A DNA stretch of 64,000 nucleotides from the NCBI GenBank assembly GCA_050253415.1, contig JBFWJC010000001.1, forward strand, positions 1,192,679 to 1,256,678. The letters run 5' to 3'. The position numbers and the translations under genes are program-made. Numbering within the stretch: position 1 is the stretch's first letter; each line of letters starts with the position of its first letter. Under the pieces are notes generated by a model. It searched no databases. It was given only the letters and a program-made list of their open reading frames with translations, and had not been told where the DNA came from. Shown piece after piece: positions 18,141 to 28,017 of this stretch. The stretch comes from Pedobacter sp. (lineage in GTDB: Bacteria; Desulfobacterota; Desulfuromonadia; Desulfuromonadales; Syntrophotaleaceae).

Positions 18141-19010
18141 TTGCCTGCCGAGAAGTATTCCATTATCATCATACCCGAGGGTCACCGTCGCACACACCGG
18201 CTCCAAATTAGCCGGAAGTGGGCGCGGTTGCTGGTGGCAGTGCTGGTAACGGCTGTGCTGGTAGTCGGTGGTCTTGTATATCGTTGTGTTCGCATTGACC
18301 TGGATCGTGCCGAGTTGCAGCGTTTGCGAACCGAAAGACGTGGTTATCAGCAAGAACTGCGGCTGGTTTCCGGACAGCTTCAGGCTTTAAGGAAAGATAT
18401 GGTGGTGCTGGCCAACAACGATACAAAGGTCCGGTTGATGACCAAGTTGACCAAGCCCGTGGACAATGTACCTGTAGGGGTGGGGGGGCCGATTGAGACA
18501 ACCCCTGATAAGGAGTTGTCCGGAGTGCAACGACAGATTGACGATATTCGCCAAGCTATCGATTTGCGCCGGGAAAGTCTTGAGGAGCTGCAGGGAGCAC
18601 TTAACGATCAACGATCGCTATTTGCTGCCAGGCCCACTGGCAAGCCTGCCAAGGGGTGGGTCACTTCCGGGTTTGGCGTGCGCAAGTCGCCTTTCTCCTC
18701 CGGCAGCAAGATGCATTATGGTCTGGATATAGCCGCTCGTACCGGGACTCCTGTTTTGGCGCCGGCTGACGGGGTTGTAAAACGTGTTCGTACGGCCTCC
18801 GATTACGGTAAAATGGTTGTTATCGATCATGGTTACGGGTATCAGACGCTCTATGCCCATAATTCCAAGGTATTCGTCAAAGTTGGACAACGGGTGAAGC
18901 GTGGAGACACGATATCAGCTATTGGCAATACCGGGCGTTCGACCGGCCCTCATCTGCATTACGAAGTTCATCTGAACGGTGTTCCTATCAATCCTCGGAA
19001 GTTTCTCTGA
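18141..19010 (+). CDS. M23 family metallopeptidase with N-terminal TM and coiled coil
   Basis: HYGLDIAA, TLYAH, GRSTGPHLHYEV. TTG start after AAGGAGG. Confidence 0.92.
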   Translation: MPAEKYSIIIIPEGHRRTHRLQISRKWARLLVAVLVTAVLVVGGLVYRCVRIDLDRAELQRLRTERRGYQQELRLVSGQLQALRKDMVVLANNDTKVRLMTKLTKPVDNVPVGVGGPIETTPDKELSGVQRQIDDIRQAIDLRRESLEELQGALNDQRSLFAARPTGKPAKGWVTSGFGVRKSPFSSGSKMHYGLDIAARTGTPVLAPADGVVKRVRTASDYGKMVVIDHGYGYQTLYAHNSKVFVKVGQRVKRGDTISAIGNTGRSTGPHLHYEVHLNGVPINPRKFL

Positions 19011-19032
19011 TATATTATCGATCTGTATTAAT

Positions 19033-19058
19033 GGCCTCGGCATGACCGGGGCTTTTTT
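19033..19058 (+). terminator. Probable intrinsic terminator after the M23 gene
   Basis: GCCTCGG-catga-CCGGGGC followed by TTTTTT. Confidence 0.6.
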
Positions 19059-19207
19059 GCGCACGGTCCATCCTGTGTCGCCCATTCCCGTTGAGCTAAC
19101 AGGTTGCTTTGTGCTACACTTTCGCCCGGATCGGGCAGGTTCTCGTTTTCGTCCATAGCGACATATCCTCCCGGTCGGATGCTGGCCACACTAACGGAGA
19201 TTTCTTA

Positions 19208-21898
19208 ATGGTTGGAAATATACTGACAAAAGTATTCGGTAGCAAAAACGAACGCGACCTCAAGCGTATGCGGCCATTGGTGGAGCAGATCGGCAGCCTT
19301 GAACCAGGGTTGACGAGTCTTTCCGATGAGGCATTAGCTGCCAAGACAGTCGAATTCCGGCAACGTCTTGCTCAGGGGGAATCTCTCGACTCGTTATTGC
19401 CTGAGGCTTTTGCTGTTGTTCGCGAGGCGGGCAAGCGGGTGTTGGGCATGCGCCATTTTGATGTGCAGCTTATTGGCGGCATGGTTCTGCATCAGGGTAA
19501 GATCGCTGAAATGAAAACCGGTGAAGGTAAGACTCTGGTGGCGACCTTGGCCTCTTACCTGAATGCTCTGCCTGGCAAAGGCGTACATGTTATTACCGTC
19601 AACGATTACCTTGCCAGTCGTGACGCTGAATGGATGGGCCGTATTCACCGATTTCTCGGATTGAGTGTCGGGTGCATCGTCCATGGGCTTAACGATCAGC
19701 AACGTAAAGAGGCTTATAACTGCGATATCACCTACGGTACGAACAACGAGTTCGGGTTTGATTATCTGCGCGACAACATGAAGTTTTCCCTGGAAGACTA
19801 CGCACAGAGACCGTTGCATTTTGCCATTGTCGATGAGGTGGATTCCATTCTCATTGACGAGGCACGTACGCCGCTGATTATCTCCGGGCCGAGTGAAGCT
19901 TCCAGCGAACTCTATTATTCGGTAAATCGCATCATTCCCATGCTGCAAAAAGGGGAGTTGATCGAAAGTCGGGATGGCCGTGTGGGGCAGACCGTAAGGG
20001 AATATACCGGGGATTTTACCGTCGACGAAAAGGCCAAGAGCGCAACTCTTACCGAAGAGGGTGTGGCCAAGGTGGAGCGTCTGCTGGGAGTGGAAAATCT
20101 GTATGATCCCGGCAATATCGAGATATTGCATCATGTCAACCAGGCATTGAAGGCGCATGCCTTGTTCAAGCGGGATGTTGATTATGTCGTCAAGGACGGC
20201 GAGGTGATGATCGTCGATGAATTTACCGGCCGCCTGATGCCCGGGCGGCGGTGGAGCGACGGGTTGCACCAGGCTGTGGAAGCTAAGGAGGGGGTCAAGA
20301 TCGAGAGTGAAAACCAGACCCTGGCCACTATTACCTTCCAGAACTATTTCCGCATGTACGACAAACTGGCTGGCATGACCGGTACCGCTGACACCGAGGC
20401 GGCGGAATTTAACGAGATCTATAAGCTCGATGTCATGGTTATCCCCACCAATCGACCCTTGGCGCGCGTGGATATGGGAGATGTTATTTACAAGACCACC
20501 CGAGAGAAGTTTCAGGCGGTGGTCGAAGATATCATCCAGTGCCATGCTAAGGGGCAACCGGTTCTGGTCGGCACCATCTCCATTGAGAATTCCGAGGTGT
20601 TGTCGGAGATGTTGCGCAAGCGCGGCGTTTCCCATAATGTCCTTAACGCCAAGCATCACGAGCGGGAAGCCGAGATTGTTTCGCAGGCAGGTCGCAAGGG
20701 TGCTGTGACTATCGCCACCAATATGGCCGGTCGTGGTACCGATATCATCCTTGGCGGTAATCCTGAGCTGCTGGCGCAGCGTGAGAGTGCCAGTGCGGAC
20801 GATCCCGAAGCAGCCTATGCCCAAGCTTTGGCCAAGTATCGGGATATCTGTGCGAAGGAAAAACAGGAAGTCCTGGCGACCGGGGGATTGTATATCCTGG
20901 GGACCGAGCGTCACGAAAGCCGTCGCATTGATAATCAGCTGCGCGGGCGTGCCGGACGGCAGGGGGATCCTGGTCTCAGCCATTTTTATCTCAGTCTTGA
21001 AGATGACCTGTTGCGTATTTTCGGCTCGCACAGGGTTGCCTACATCATGGATCGTTTGAAGATCCCCGAAGGCGAACCCATTGAGCACCGCTTTATTTCC
21101 AAAGCCATCGAAAATGCACAGAAAAAGGTTGAGGGGCATAACTTCGATATTCGTAAGCATCTTATTGAATACGATGACGTTATGAACACGCAACGAAACG
21201 TTATCTATTCCCAGCGGCGCGAAGTTTTGGCGGGGGAACAGCTGCCGGAGACCTATGCGGCCATTATGGAAGAGATGGTCGAGGATATCGTTGCGACCTT
21301 CTGCCCTGAAAAAACCAACCCGGAAGATTGGAACTGGACAAGTCTGAACGAAGACTTTTATGTCCAATTCAATATGACTCCGCTGCCTCTGGAGGTGCCG
21401 GAGCGCGACTTGACGCCGGCGGTGTTGACGGCACATCTTAAGGAGCAGGTCCGCAAACGTTTTGAAGAGCGTGAAGCCGAGTTTACGCCCCCGGTCATGT
21501 CTCACTTGATGAAAGTGCTTTTGTTGCAGACTATCGATGCTCAGTGGAAAGATCACCTGCTGTCTATCGATCACCTCAAGGAAGGCATCGGCTTGCGCGG
21601 CTACGCCCAGAAAAATCCCAAAGAGGAGTACAAGCGGGAAGCTTACGAATTGTTCCTGCAGGTCATGGGACGAATCCGGCAGGAAGTGATACAAAAGCTG
21701 TTTCGCATCCAGTTGGCTAAGGAGCAGGATGTGGAGCGCATGGAAAGTCGTCAACGCAGGCACCAGATGGTGTTTAACCGTGCCGGTGGCGAAGATGTAG
21801 CGGCCAAACCAACAGTTCGCCAGGACAAAAAAGTCGGTCGTAATGATCTTTGTCCTTGTGGAAGCGGTTTGAAATATAAGAAATGTTGCGGCCAGTAA
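19208..21898 (+). CDS. secA: Preprotein translocase ATPase SecA
   Basis: [40 protein letters not shown], and SEC-C motif [19 protein letters not shown]. Confidence 0.98.
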   Translation: MVGNILTKVFGSKNERDLKRMRPLVEQIGSLEPGLTSLSDEALAAKTVEFRQRLAQGESLDSLLPEAFAVVREAGKRVLGMRHFDVQLIGGMVLHQGKIAEMKTGEGKTLVATLASYLNALPGKGVHVITVNDYLASRDAEWMGRIHRFLGLSVGCIVHGLNDQQRKEAYNCDITYGTNNEFGFDYLRDNMKFSLEDYAQRPLHFAIVDEVDSILIDEARTPLIISGPSEASSELYYSVNRIIPMLQKGELIESRDGRVGQTVREYTGDFTVDEKAKSATLTEEGVAKVERLLGVENLYDPGNIEILHHVNQALKAHALFKRDVDYVVKDGEVMIVDEFTGRLMPGRRWSDGLHQAVEAKEGVKIESENQTLATITFQNYFRMYDKLAGMTGTADTEAAEFNEIYKLDVMVIPTNRPLARVDMGDVIYKTTREKFQAVVEDIIQCHAKGQPVLVGTISIENSEVLSEMLRKRGVSHNVLNAKHHEREAEIVSQAGRKGAVTIATNMAGRGTDIILGGNPELLAQRESASADDPEAAYAQALAKYRDICAKEKQEVLATGGLYILGTERHESRRIDNQLRGRAGRQGDPGLSHFYLSLEDDLLRIFGSHRVAYIMDRLKIPEGEPIEHRFISKAIENAQKKVEGHNFDIRKHLIEYDDVMNTQRNVIYSQRREVLAGEQLPETYAAIMEEMVEDIVATFCPEKTNPEDWNWTSLNEDFYVQFNMTPLPLEVPERDLTPAVLTAHLKEQVRKRFEEREAEFTPPVMSHLMKVLLLQTIDAQWKDHLLSIDHLKEGIGLRGYAQKNPKEEYKREAYELFLQVMGRIRQEVIQKLFRIQLAKEQDVERMESRQRRHQMVFNRAGGEDVAAKPTVRQDKKVGRNDLCPCGSGLKYKKCCGQ

Positions 21899-21949
21899 TG
21901 GTGTCGGCGCAATTTGTAACCCTTCGCTGAGATACAGAAGGAGTGCGTA

Positions 21950-23134
21950 ATGACAAAAGTCAAGGGGTTCACTTTTGCAGCCCGGTCGGCAGGTATCCGT
22001 AAATCCGGGCGGCTCGACCTCGGCTTGATTTTCTCTACAACACCCGCCAGGTGCGCCGGGGTGTTTACGACCAATAAAGTCCAGGCGGCACCGATTCTGG
22101 TTACCGCACCACGGTTCGCCGGCGGTTTATGCCAAGCGATACTGGTGAATAGCGGGAATGCCAATGCCTGTACCGGCGAAACCGGTTTGCGTGATGCTGA
22201 GCATTGCAGCCGCCTGTTGGCCGATAGTCTTGGTATTGACGAAACGCTGGTGGCTGTTTCCTCCACCGGGGTCATCGGTCAACCGCTGCCTATGCCGCTG
22301 CTGGTAGAGGCCATTCCGAAATTACCCGCGGGGTTGTCTGCTGATGCAGTGTCCGATGTCGCCACGGCGATCATGACCACCGATTCTTATTCCAAGCTGT
22401 CCAGTCGGGAGGGCAGCGCGGGACAAAAGCCCTATACCCTTCTCGGTGTCGCCAAGGGCGCGGGGATGATTCATCCCAACATGGCGACCATGCTTGCCTT
22501 CGTGGTGACCGATGCCTGTGTTGAACAGGAGTTTTTGCAGCAGGCGTTGCGCCAGGCGGTAGCGGGTTCTTTTAATATCATCACGGTGGATCGCGATACC
22601 TCGACCAACGATATGGTGCTGGTTCTGGCCAACGGTGAGGCTCAGACCCCGGAAATTGTCGCGGATACCCCCGCTGGACAGGAGTTTGTCTCCCTTTTGC
22701 AAGAGATCCTGCTGGATCTGGCCAAAATGATCGTGCGCGATGGTGAGGGGGCCACAAAGCTGGTACACGTGCAGGTAAGCGGCGCTGCGGATGCTGCCGG
22801 TGCCCGACAGGTGGCGTATAGTGTTGCGACCTCGAATCTGGTGAAAACCGCATTCTTTGGTGAAGATGCCAACTGGGGGCGTATTATTGCCGCTGTCGGC
22901 TATTCCGGAGCCCAGGTTGATCCTGCCTGTATTGATATCTTTTTTGACGATGTACCCGTGGTTCAGGGAGGTCTCGGCACGGGGCCCGAGCGTGAGGCTG
23001 AAGCAACGGCGGTACTTAAACAGGCCGAATTTTCCGTGAAGATTAACCTTGGCCTTGGTGAAGCGCGGGCGGAATATTACACTTCCGATCTGACCTATGA
23101 ATACATCAAGATCAACGCCGATTATCGGACCTGA
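21950..23134 (+). CDS. argJ: Bifunctional glutamate N-acetyltransferase / ornithine acetyltransferase
   Basis: NSGNANACTG, STGVIG, KGAGMIHPNMATML, DTSTND, DGEGATK, INADYRT. Confidence 0.97.
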   Translation: MTKVKGFTFAARSAGIRKSGRLDLGLIFSTTPARCAGVFTTNKVQAAPILVTAPRFAGGLCQAILVNSGNANACTGETGLRDAEHCSRLLADSLGIDETLVAVSSTGVIGQPLPMPLLVEAIPKLPAGLSADAVSDVATAIMTTDSYSKLSSREGSAGQKPYTLLGVAKGAGMIHPNMATMLAFVVTDACVEQEFLQQALRQAVAGSFNIITVDRDTSTNDMVLVLANGEAQTPEIVADTPAGQEFVSLLQEILLDLAKMIVRDGEGATKLVHVQVSGAADAAGARQVAYSVATSNLVKTAFFGEDANWGRIIAAVGYSGAQVDPACIDIFFDDVPVVQGGLGTGPEREAEATAVLKQAEFSVKINLGLGEARAEYYTSDLTYEYIKINADYRT

Positions 23135-23173
23135 TAAGCGTGGTCTAGGTTCTATTGATTTTTGATTCTGTCC

Positions 23174-23219
23174 GGGCCACCTCGGGGCGGTACAGTCCGT
23201 CCCGAGGTGGCCCTTTTTT
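23174..23219 (+). terminator. Intrinsic terminator after argJ
   Basis: GGGCCACCTCGGGGCGG-tacagt-CCGTCCCGAGGTGGCCC followed by TTTTTT. Confidence 0.88.
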
Positions 23220-23274
23220 GACCTGGAATACTCGTGAAGATTGTTTGCGAGTCATCCGGGCGAAAGGTACCTGT

Positions 23275-23940
23275 ATGGAATCCCCTGCCCGATTTATCGA
23301 CCATACTTTACTCAAGGCGGATGCGACTTCCGCCCAAATTCAGCAGCTTTGCCGCGACGCCTTGCATTGGGGGTTTGCTTCGGTCTGTATTCCGCCTCGT
23401 TTTGTTCCACTTGCTGCCGCATCTTTGCAGGGGACCGAGGTGGCGGTCGGCACGGTGGTGGGTTTTCCCCTTGGTTACGATGTCACCGCTACCAAATGTG
23501 CTGCGACGGCACAGGCGATTGCTGCAGGGGCGAGCGAAATCGATATGGTTATGCCCTTGGGTGCGGCGGTCGAGGGCCGTCTGGATGTCGTACGGGAGGA
23601 TGTATGCAGGGTTCTGGAGTCCACTTGCGGTCATACCCTTAAGGTCATTATCGAATGTTGCTATCTGGACAATGCGCTGAAGGTGCAGTTGGTTGAACTG
23701 CTGGCCGATGTAGGTGTCGCCTATGTGAAAACATCTACAGGTTTTGCCAAGACAGGTGCAACACCTGAGGACATCCGACTTTTACACCAGGCGGCACAAG
23801 GCCGGATAAAAGTCAAAGCAGCCGGCGGCATCCGCGATTGGGAGTCATGTCGTGGCATGCTGGAGGCAGGAGCACACCGCGTCGGTACCAGCAATGGGGT
23901 GCAGATCATGCACCAATGGCAAGGGGAGCAGGAACGATGA
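23275..23940 (+). CDS. deoC: Deoxyribose-phosphate aldolase
   Basis: IDHTLLK, VGFPLG, EIDMV, KVIIE, VKTSTGF, KAAGGIR, RVGTS. Confidence 0.95.
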   Translation: MESPARFIDHTLLKADATSAQIQQLCRDALHWGFASVCIPPRFVPLAAASLQGTEVAVGTVVGFPLGYDVTATKCAATAQAIAAGASEIDMVMPLGAAVEGRLDVVREDVCRVLESTCGHTLKVIIECCYLDNALKVQLVELLADVGVAYVKTSTGFAKTGATPEDIRLLHQAAQGRIKVKAAGGIRDWESCRGMLEAGAHRVGTSNGVQIMHQWQGEQER

Positions 23941-25115
23941 CTTCAACAATTTGGCAGCGGGTGGTGTTGATAACTCTGGACGGCGTTGGCGTCGGTGGTC
24001 AACCGGATGCCGCAAGTTACGGAGATCAAGCTGCAAGCACTTTACCGCATGTAGCCGAATATTGCGGTGGTTTACGTTTGCCGAACCTTGCTCGATTGGG
24101 CCTTGGCAGAATCGTTCCCATAGCCGGTGTTGCGGCAGTTCCTGAACCATGCGGTGTTTTCGGGCGCATGCTTGAGCGTTCCGAGGGGAAAGACACTACT
24201 ACCGGGCACTGGGAGTTGGCGGGGTTGGAGCAGGGGAAGCCTTTTGCAACATATCCTCAAGGATTTCCCGAAGAGGTGATAGATGCCTTCGCCGCGCTTG
24301 CCGGGGTACGCCCTCTGGGCAATATTGCGGTCAGCGGTACCGAGGTTTTAAGGCTTCTCGGGGAAGAACATCTGCGCTGTGGGCGGCCCATTGTTTATAC
24401 CAGCGTTGATTCGGTTTTTCAGATTGCCGCCCACGAAGATGTGTTGCCGCGCGAGCGATTGTATGCTCTGTGTGAGGGTATGCGACGGGTGCTTGATACG
24501 TATCGTGTCGGGCGGGTTATCGCGCGACCTTTTGTCGGCACAAATGCCGATAACTTTGAACGAACCGCAGGTCGACGCGATTTTTCCATGCCACCTCAGG
24601 GCGACACCCTACTGGATACTTTCCAGCAGGCTGGTATGACTGTGGTAGGTGTCGGCAAAATAGGCGATATATTTGCCGGCAAGGGAGTCAGTCGATCGAT
24701 AAAAAGTACCTGCAACAACGATGGCATGGCTAAAACTCGCCAAGCTCTGGCAGCGCTTGATCGTGGCATGGTATTTACCAACCTGGTTGATTTCGACATG
24801 CTGTACGGGCATCGGTTGGATGCTCGTGGATTTGGACGAGCGCTGGAAGAGTTCGATGTCTGGCTGGAAGGATTTATGGCGGAGTTGAAGGTTGGTGACC
24901 TTCTGGTCATCACCGCGGATCATGGTTGTGATCCAACCACGGAAGGCACCGACCATACCCGCGAGAGTGTGCCGGTACTGGTGTGGCACCCCGGTCTTGT
25001 ACAGGGTCGAAACATTGGTGTTCGCAGCAGTTTTGGCGATGTTGCGGCAACGATTGCCCAGCTTTTTGGGCTGGTGTGCGTTAGTGGTACGAGTTTTGCC
25101 GATCAGTTAGCCTGA
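23937..25115 (+). CDS. deoB: Phosphopentomutase
   Basis: LDGVGVG, GKDTTTGHWE, YTSVDSVFQIAAHE, GRVIARPF, NLVDFDMLYGHR, TADHGCDP, DHTRE. ATGA overlap with deoC. Confidence 0.95.
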   Translation: MTSTIWQRVVLITLDGVGVGGQPDAASYGDQAASTLPHVAEYCGGLRLPNLARLGLGRIVPIAGVAAVPEPCGVFGRMLERSEGKDTTTGHWELAGLEQGKPFATYPQGFPEEVIDAFAALAGVRPLGNIAVSGTEVLRLLGEEHLRCGRPIVYTSVDSVFQIAAHEDVLPRERLYALCEGMRRVLDTYRVGRVIARPFVGTNADNFERTAGRRDFSMPPQGDTLLDTFQQAGMTVVGVGKIGDIFAGKGVSRSIKSTCNNDGMAKTRQALAALDRGMVFTNLVDFDMLYGHRLDARGFGRALEEFDVWLEGFMAELKVGDLLVITADHGCDPTTEGTDHTRESVPVLVWHPGLVQGRNIGVRSSFGDVAATIAQLFGLVCVSGTSFADQLA

Positions 25116-25906
25116 GACAGCGGAGGACGTTCTCGCCGTGACGGAATAGGCAAGTGGACCACCGTGTCATCAGAGGGCTTGGTTGACAAGGTTGTTTGCC
25201 AGCCATTGCGTGCCTTGTGATCGGAAAGTTCTTCCATGAAGCAACTCTCAATATAGCGTTCGAGCAGATGACTGCTATGTGGCTGCAGTTCTATAAACTC
25301 GATACCGACCCCCTGTTGATAGTTGTTCTTGGGTTCCGGGTGAACGCAATAAAGCACCTGCCCGGTGAGTTCCAGTTCCTGTTTCATGCCCAGCAAAGGC
25401 AACACGATGCGAAATTTTTCCCTGTGATCCAGTCGGAACCCTGTTTTCATGAACAGCCCGCGGGAACTGAGGCTTAAGATTTCACCCAGATGACATTTGT
25501 TGCTGCGGCAGATCATCCCTGGGAGATTCAGGTCGAGGCGCATGTTTTGGCGCGGATGTTTTTCCAGGTGTTTCTGGATGGCGGAGAACAGTGCAAAAAT
25601 ATCCAACGGTACATCCAGTCGTTCATGGGGCAGGTCAACAACATGCTCTTGTTCTGAGGTTTGCAGTACGATGAGAGAAGACCCCTTGTCGAGACTCTGC
25701 GAAACAGTTTTGACTATTTCGCTATCTTCTCCAGCAGTCAGCCAGTCAGCGTTAATAATGAGAAGGTCGGGACTTGTGTCCCGGATTAGCCTGACCATGC
25801 GGTCCTGGCAGTGAGCCGCCAGTACCCGATAGCCCCAATGTTTAAGAGTGGTATCGAGGGTGGTCAGGATGCTTTCTCTGTGTTCTCCGAGGAGCAGGCG
25901 TTTCAT
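25103..25906 (-). CDS. Pseudo-receiver domain plus PilZ domain protein
   Basis: Receiver-like N-terminus (LKHWGYRV..PDLLIIN) lacks the acidic pair and the phospho-Asp. PilZ-like RQNMR..SLSSRG..GVGIEF. Confidence 0.7.
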   Translation of the reverse strand: MKRLLLGEHRESILTTLDTTLKHWGYRVLAAHCQDRMVRLIRDTSPDLLIINADWLTAGEDSEIVKTVSQSLDKGSSLIVLQTSEQEHVVDLPHERLDVPLDIFALFSAIQKHLEKHPRQNMRLDLNLPGMICRSNKCHLGEILSLSSRGLFMKTGFRLDHREKFRIVLPLLGMKQELELTGQVLYCVHPEPKNNYQQGVGIEFIELQPHSSHLLERYIESCFMEELSDHKARNGWQTTLSTKPSDDTVVHLPIPSRRERPPLSQAN

Positions 25907-26061
25907 GTGGGGGTTCCGTAAAAAGGGTCATACGAGGAATAAAACGATATTGCGAAATGTTACATTTTGTCTACGGGTATATGTCAAGGATAGGTTTGGG
26001 TCAAGGGAAATCTTGTTGAATAGTATGAACAGTGACGTGTCTAATGAATGGGAGGGTTGTG

Positions 26062-26451
26062 GTGAAGGGTTTATTTTTGGTTTTGCTTCTCGTGCTTTTT
26101 TTGGGTCAGAATGTGTATGCAGGCCAGCCTGAGGTTCACCTTGCGGAAATCATAGTAACCACGGGCATACAGGATCGCATGCCTGTTGATGCCGTCCAGT
26201 CCTATGCGGCATCTGTTGAATCGCTTTACTGTTATTGCCGAATAATCGGTTTTAGCGCGGAAACCACAGTGTGGCATGTGTGGTATCACAACGATCGCGA
26301 GGTGGCCAGAATTTCTCTGCCGGTGCGCTCGTCGAATTGGAGAACCTGGTCGAAAAAGACCATCCCTGCAGCAGGGCGTGGTGCCTGGCGCGTGGATGTT
26401 TTGGGAGATGATGGGGGCGTTCTGGGTTCGCTAGGGTTTAGTTTGCTGTAA
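26062..26451 (+). CDS. Secreted DUF2914-like protein
   Basis: Signal peptide; HVWYH..R..WRTWSKK..G.WRVDV pattern. Confidence 0.75.
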   Translation: MKGLFLVLLLVLFLGQNVYAGQPEVHLAEIIVTTGIQDRMPVDAVQSYAASVESLYCYCRIIGFSAETTVWHVWYHNDREVARISLPVRSSNWRTWSKKTIPAAGRGAWRVDVLGDDGGVLGSLGFSLL

Positions 26452-26511
26452 AGGCAGGCAGCCAAGAATCGGGAAGAAGCTTCGTGCCTCTTCCCGACCA
26501 ATATCTGTTCA

Positions 26512-26955
26512 CTATTTTTTGGTTTTTCCTTTAGCCTTCTGTGCACGGGCTTTGGCTAGGTTTTCACCGAGACCACGGTCGATGGCCATCTGGCGGCGGC
26601 TTTCTGAATAGGCACGCGCTGCCAGGGGTTGGGTGCGGGGGATGTCAAATTGTTTGCGATATTCAGACGCTGTCATGCCATGAGAGGTCTTCAGGTGGCG
26701 AGCGAGGGTTTTCATTGGTTTGCCACAAATCATGCAGACAACTTTATCTTTGCCAAACGCTTTTTTGCGGGTAACAACGGGGGCTTGAGATGTTTCTTCT
26801 TCTTCTGAAACCGTTTCAACCACGGTCCCGCTTTCAATGGCGACCAAGGCCTGGTGTAAATCGTTGAGTTCAGCTATGAGCTCTTCTTTCGTCATTGGGG
26901 TAGTCGACGCGTGGGATGCAACGATTTCGGCTGCCATTTCTAGTAAATTTGCCAT
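26512..26955 (-). CDS. mucR: Ros/MucR family transcriptional regulator
   Basis: AAEIVASH N-terminal region; C2H2-like finger CMICGKPMKTLARHLKTSH; EYRKQF..PLAARAYSESR. AAGGAGG RBS. Confidence 0.9.
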   Translation of the reverse strand: MANLLEMAAEIVASHASTTPMTKEELIAELNDLHQALVAIESGTVVETVSEEEETSQAPVVTRKKAFGKDKVVCMICGKPMKTLARHLKTSHGMTASEYRKQFDIPRTQPLAARAYSESRRQMAIDRGLGENLAKARAQKAKGKTKK

Positions 26956-27756
26956 AGAGGTTTCCTCCTTAAGGATAAATTGAATTTCTTTTTGAAAGTA
27001 CTTCTTACTAATACAATATATTCTTTTAAAATCAAGTAAAAAGGATGATTTTAAATTTATTTGTCTAGATGGCAACAAGAGAGAGGTTGTTTTAGCCTGG
27101 GAATATCATTTTCAGGTTGTCTGTACTATTGGGTAGTGTCAACGAAAAGACAATTCGTTGGTTAATTGTTTAGCGTGAAAAGACTGTGCTACCTATCAAA
27201 ATGTAAGTATTTTCCTCGTTTGTTACATAGCATGTTTTGGGTAGGTGCGTAGGCCTGAATGTTTTGGAATAAAATTTTATGACTCAGGCTTAGGGTAGTG
27301 TTGCCCGACCATTGATATCGAGATCTCTCTTCGAGTTTTACCGCGTAGTGATTGCTGACACTTGTTTTGGCGTGGAAGAAGTACGCAATTTGCAATCGCA
27401 GAATCATGGTTTTAACCCTCGAAAAAATCGTTGTTCGTAATGTTCAAGAAGTTTAGTCGTGACAGTGGATTGTAGTTGGTGGCATGCAAGTGCTGAGGAA
27501 ATAAGTACGGTTCGTCGCATCCTGATGTGCAGTTCACCCCTTTTCGTTCAGGCCATCGCTTAACTTGGGGAAAATGGATAATCCCGAAAGGCATTAATTC
27601 TTTCATTTTTATAGATTCGGCAGTTGATGACGTTGGAGGGGGTGCCAAAAAGTCCTCCCAATGGGATAGGGTTGGTGAGGTGAATTCAGGGACTTACTGG
27701 TTCATATCAATGCCCTTGGAAGTGGTATAACCTATTGAAATTTCCAGTCAAAAAGC

Positions 27757-27785
27757 TTGACACTGCCTAGTCGCTATGCTAGCTT
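27757..27785 (+). promoter_or_regulatory. Putative sigma70 promoter for the romR-like gene
   Basis: TTGACA, 17-bp spacer, TAGCTT with an extended TGn. Confidence 0.6.
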
Positions 27786-28017
27786 TTAGGCGTTTTATGT
27801 TGTGATTGTTAGGGACCTCGTGTGGCAGTTTGATATGTAGCTGTTACAAAAGACCAGTTGTGTCTATCGCCGCGTAAGGTGTCGAGGTGTAGAAGTGCCA
27901 GGCAGGTTGTTCTTTTTTCGATCTGATTCGGTGCGGCTGTGCAAATCCAAATCGATGGCCCGGTGTTTTTTGTTGGCAAGGGCCATTGCGCATTCTGTAT
28001 GTTACAGGGAGGCTTGA

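Noticed and set aside
19394..21763. 789-aa antisense ORF, and similar long shadows such as 4-972, 15878-16795, 36105-37019 and 58596-60053
   Set aside because: These lie opposite well-supported genes (secA, glpX, recN, ptsP, the permeases), have no recognisable motifs, and are expected from codon bias in GC-rich genes.
27189..27730. Three short ORFs in the mucR-romR gap
   Set aside because: They are 67-78 aa, partly overlapping on opposite strands, with no convincing RBS or recognisable motif.
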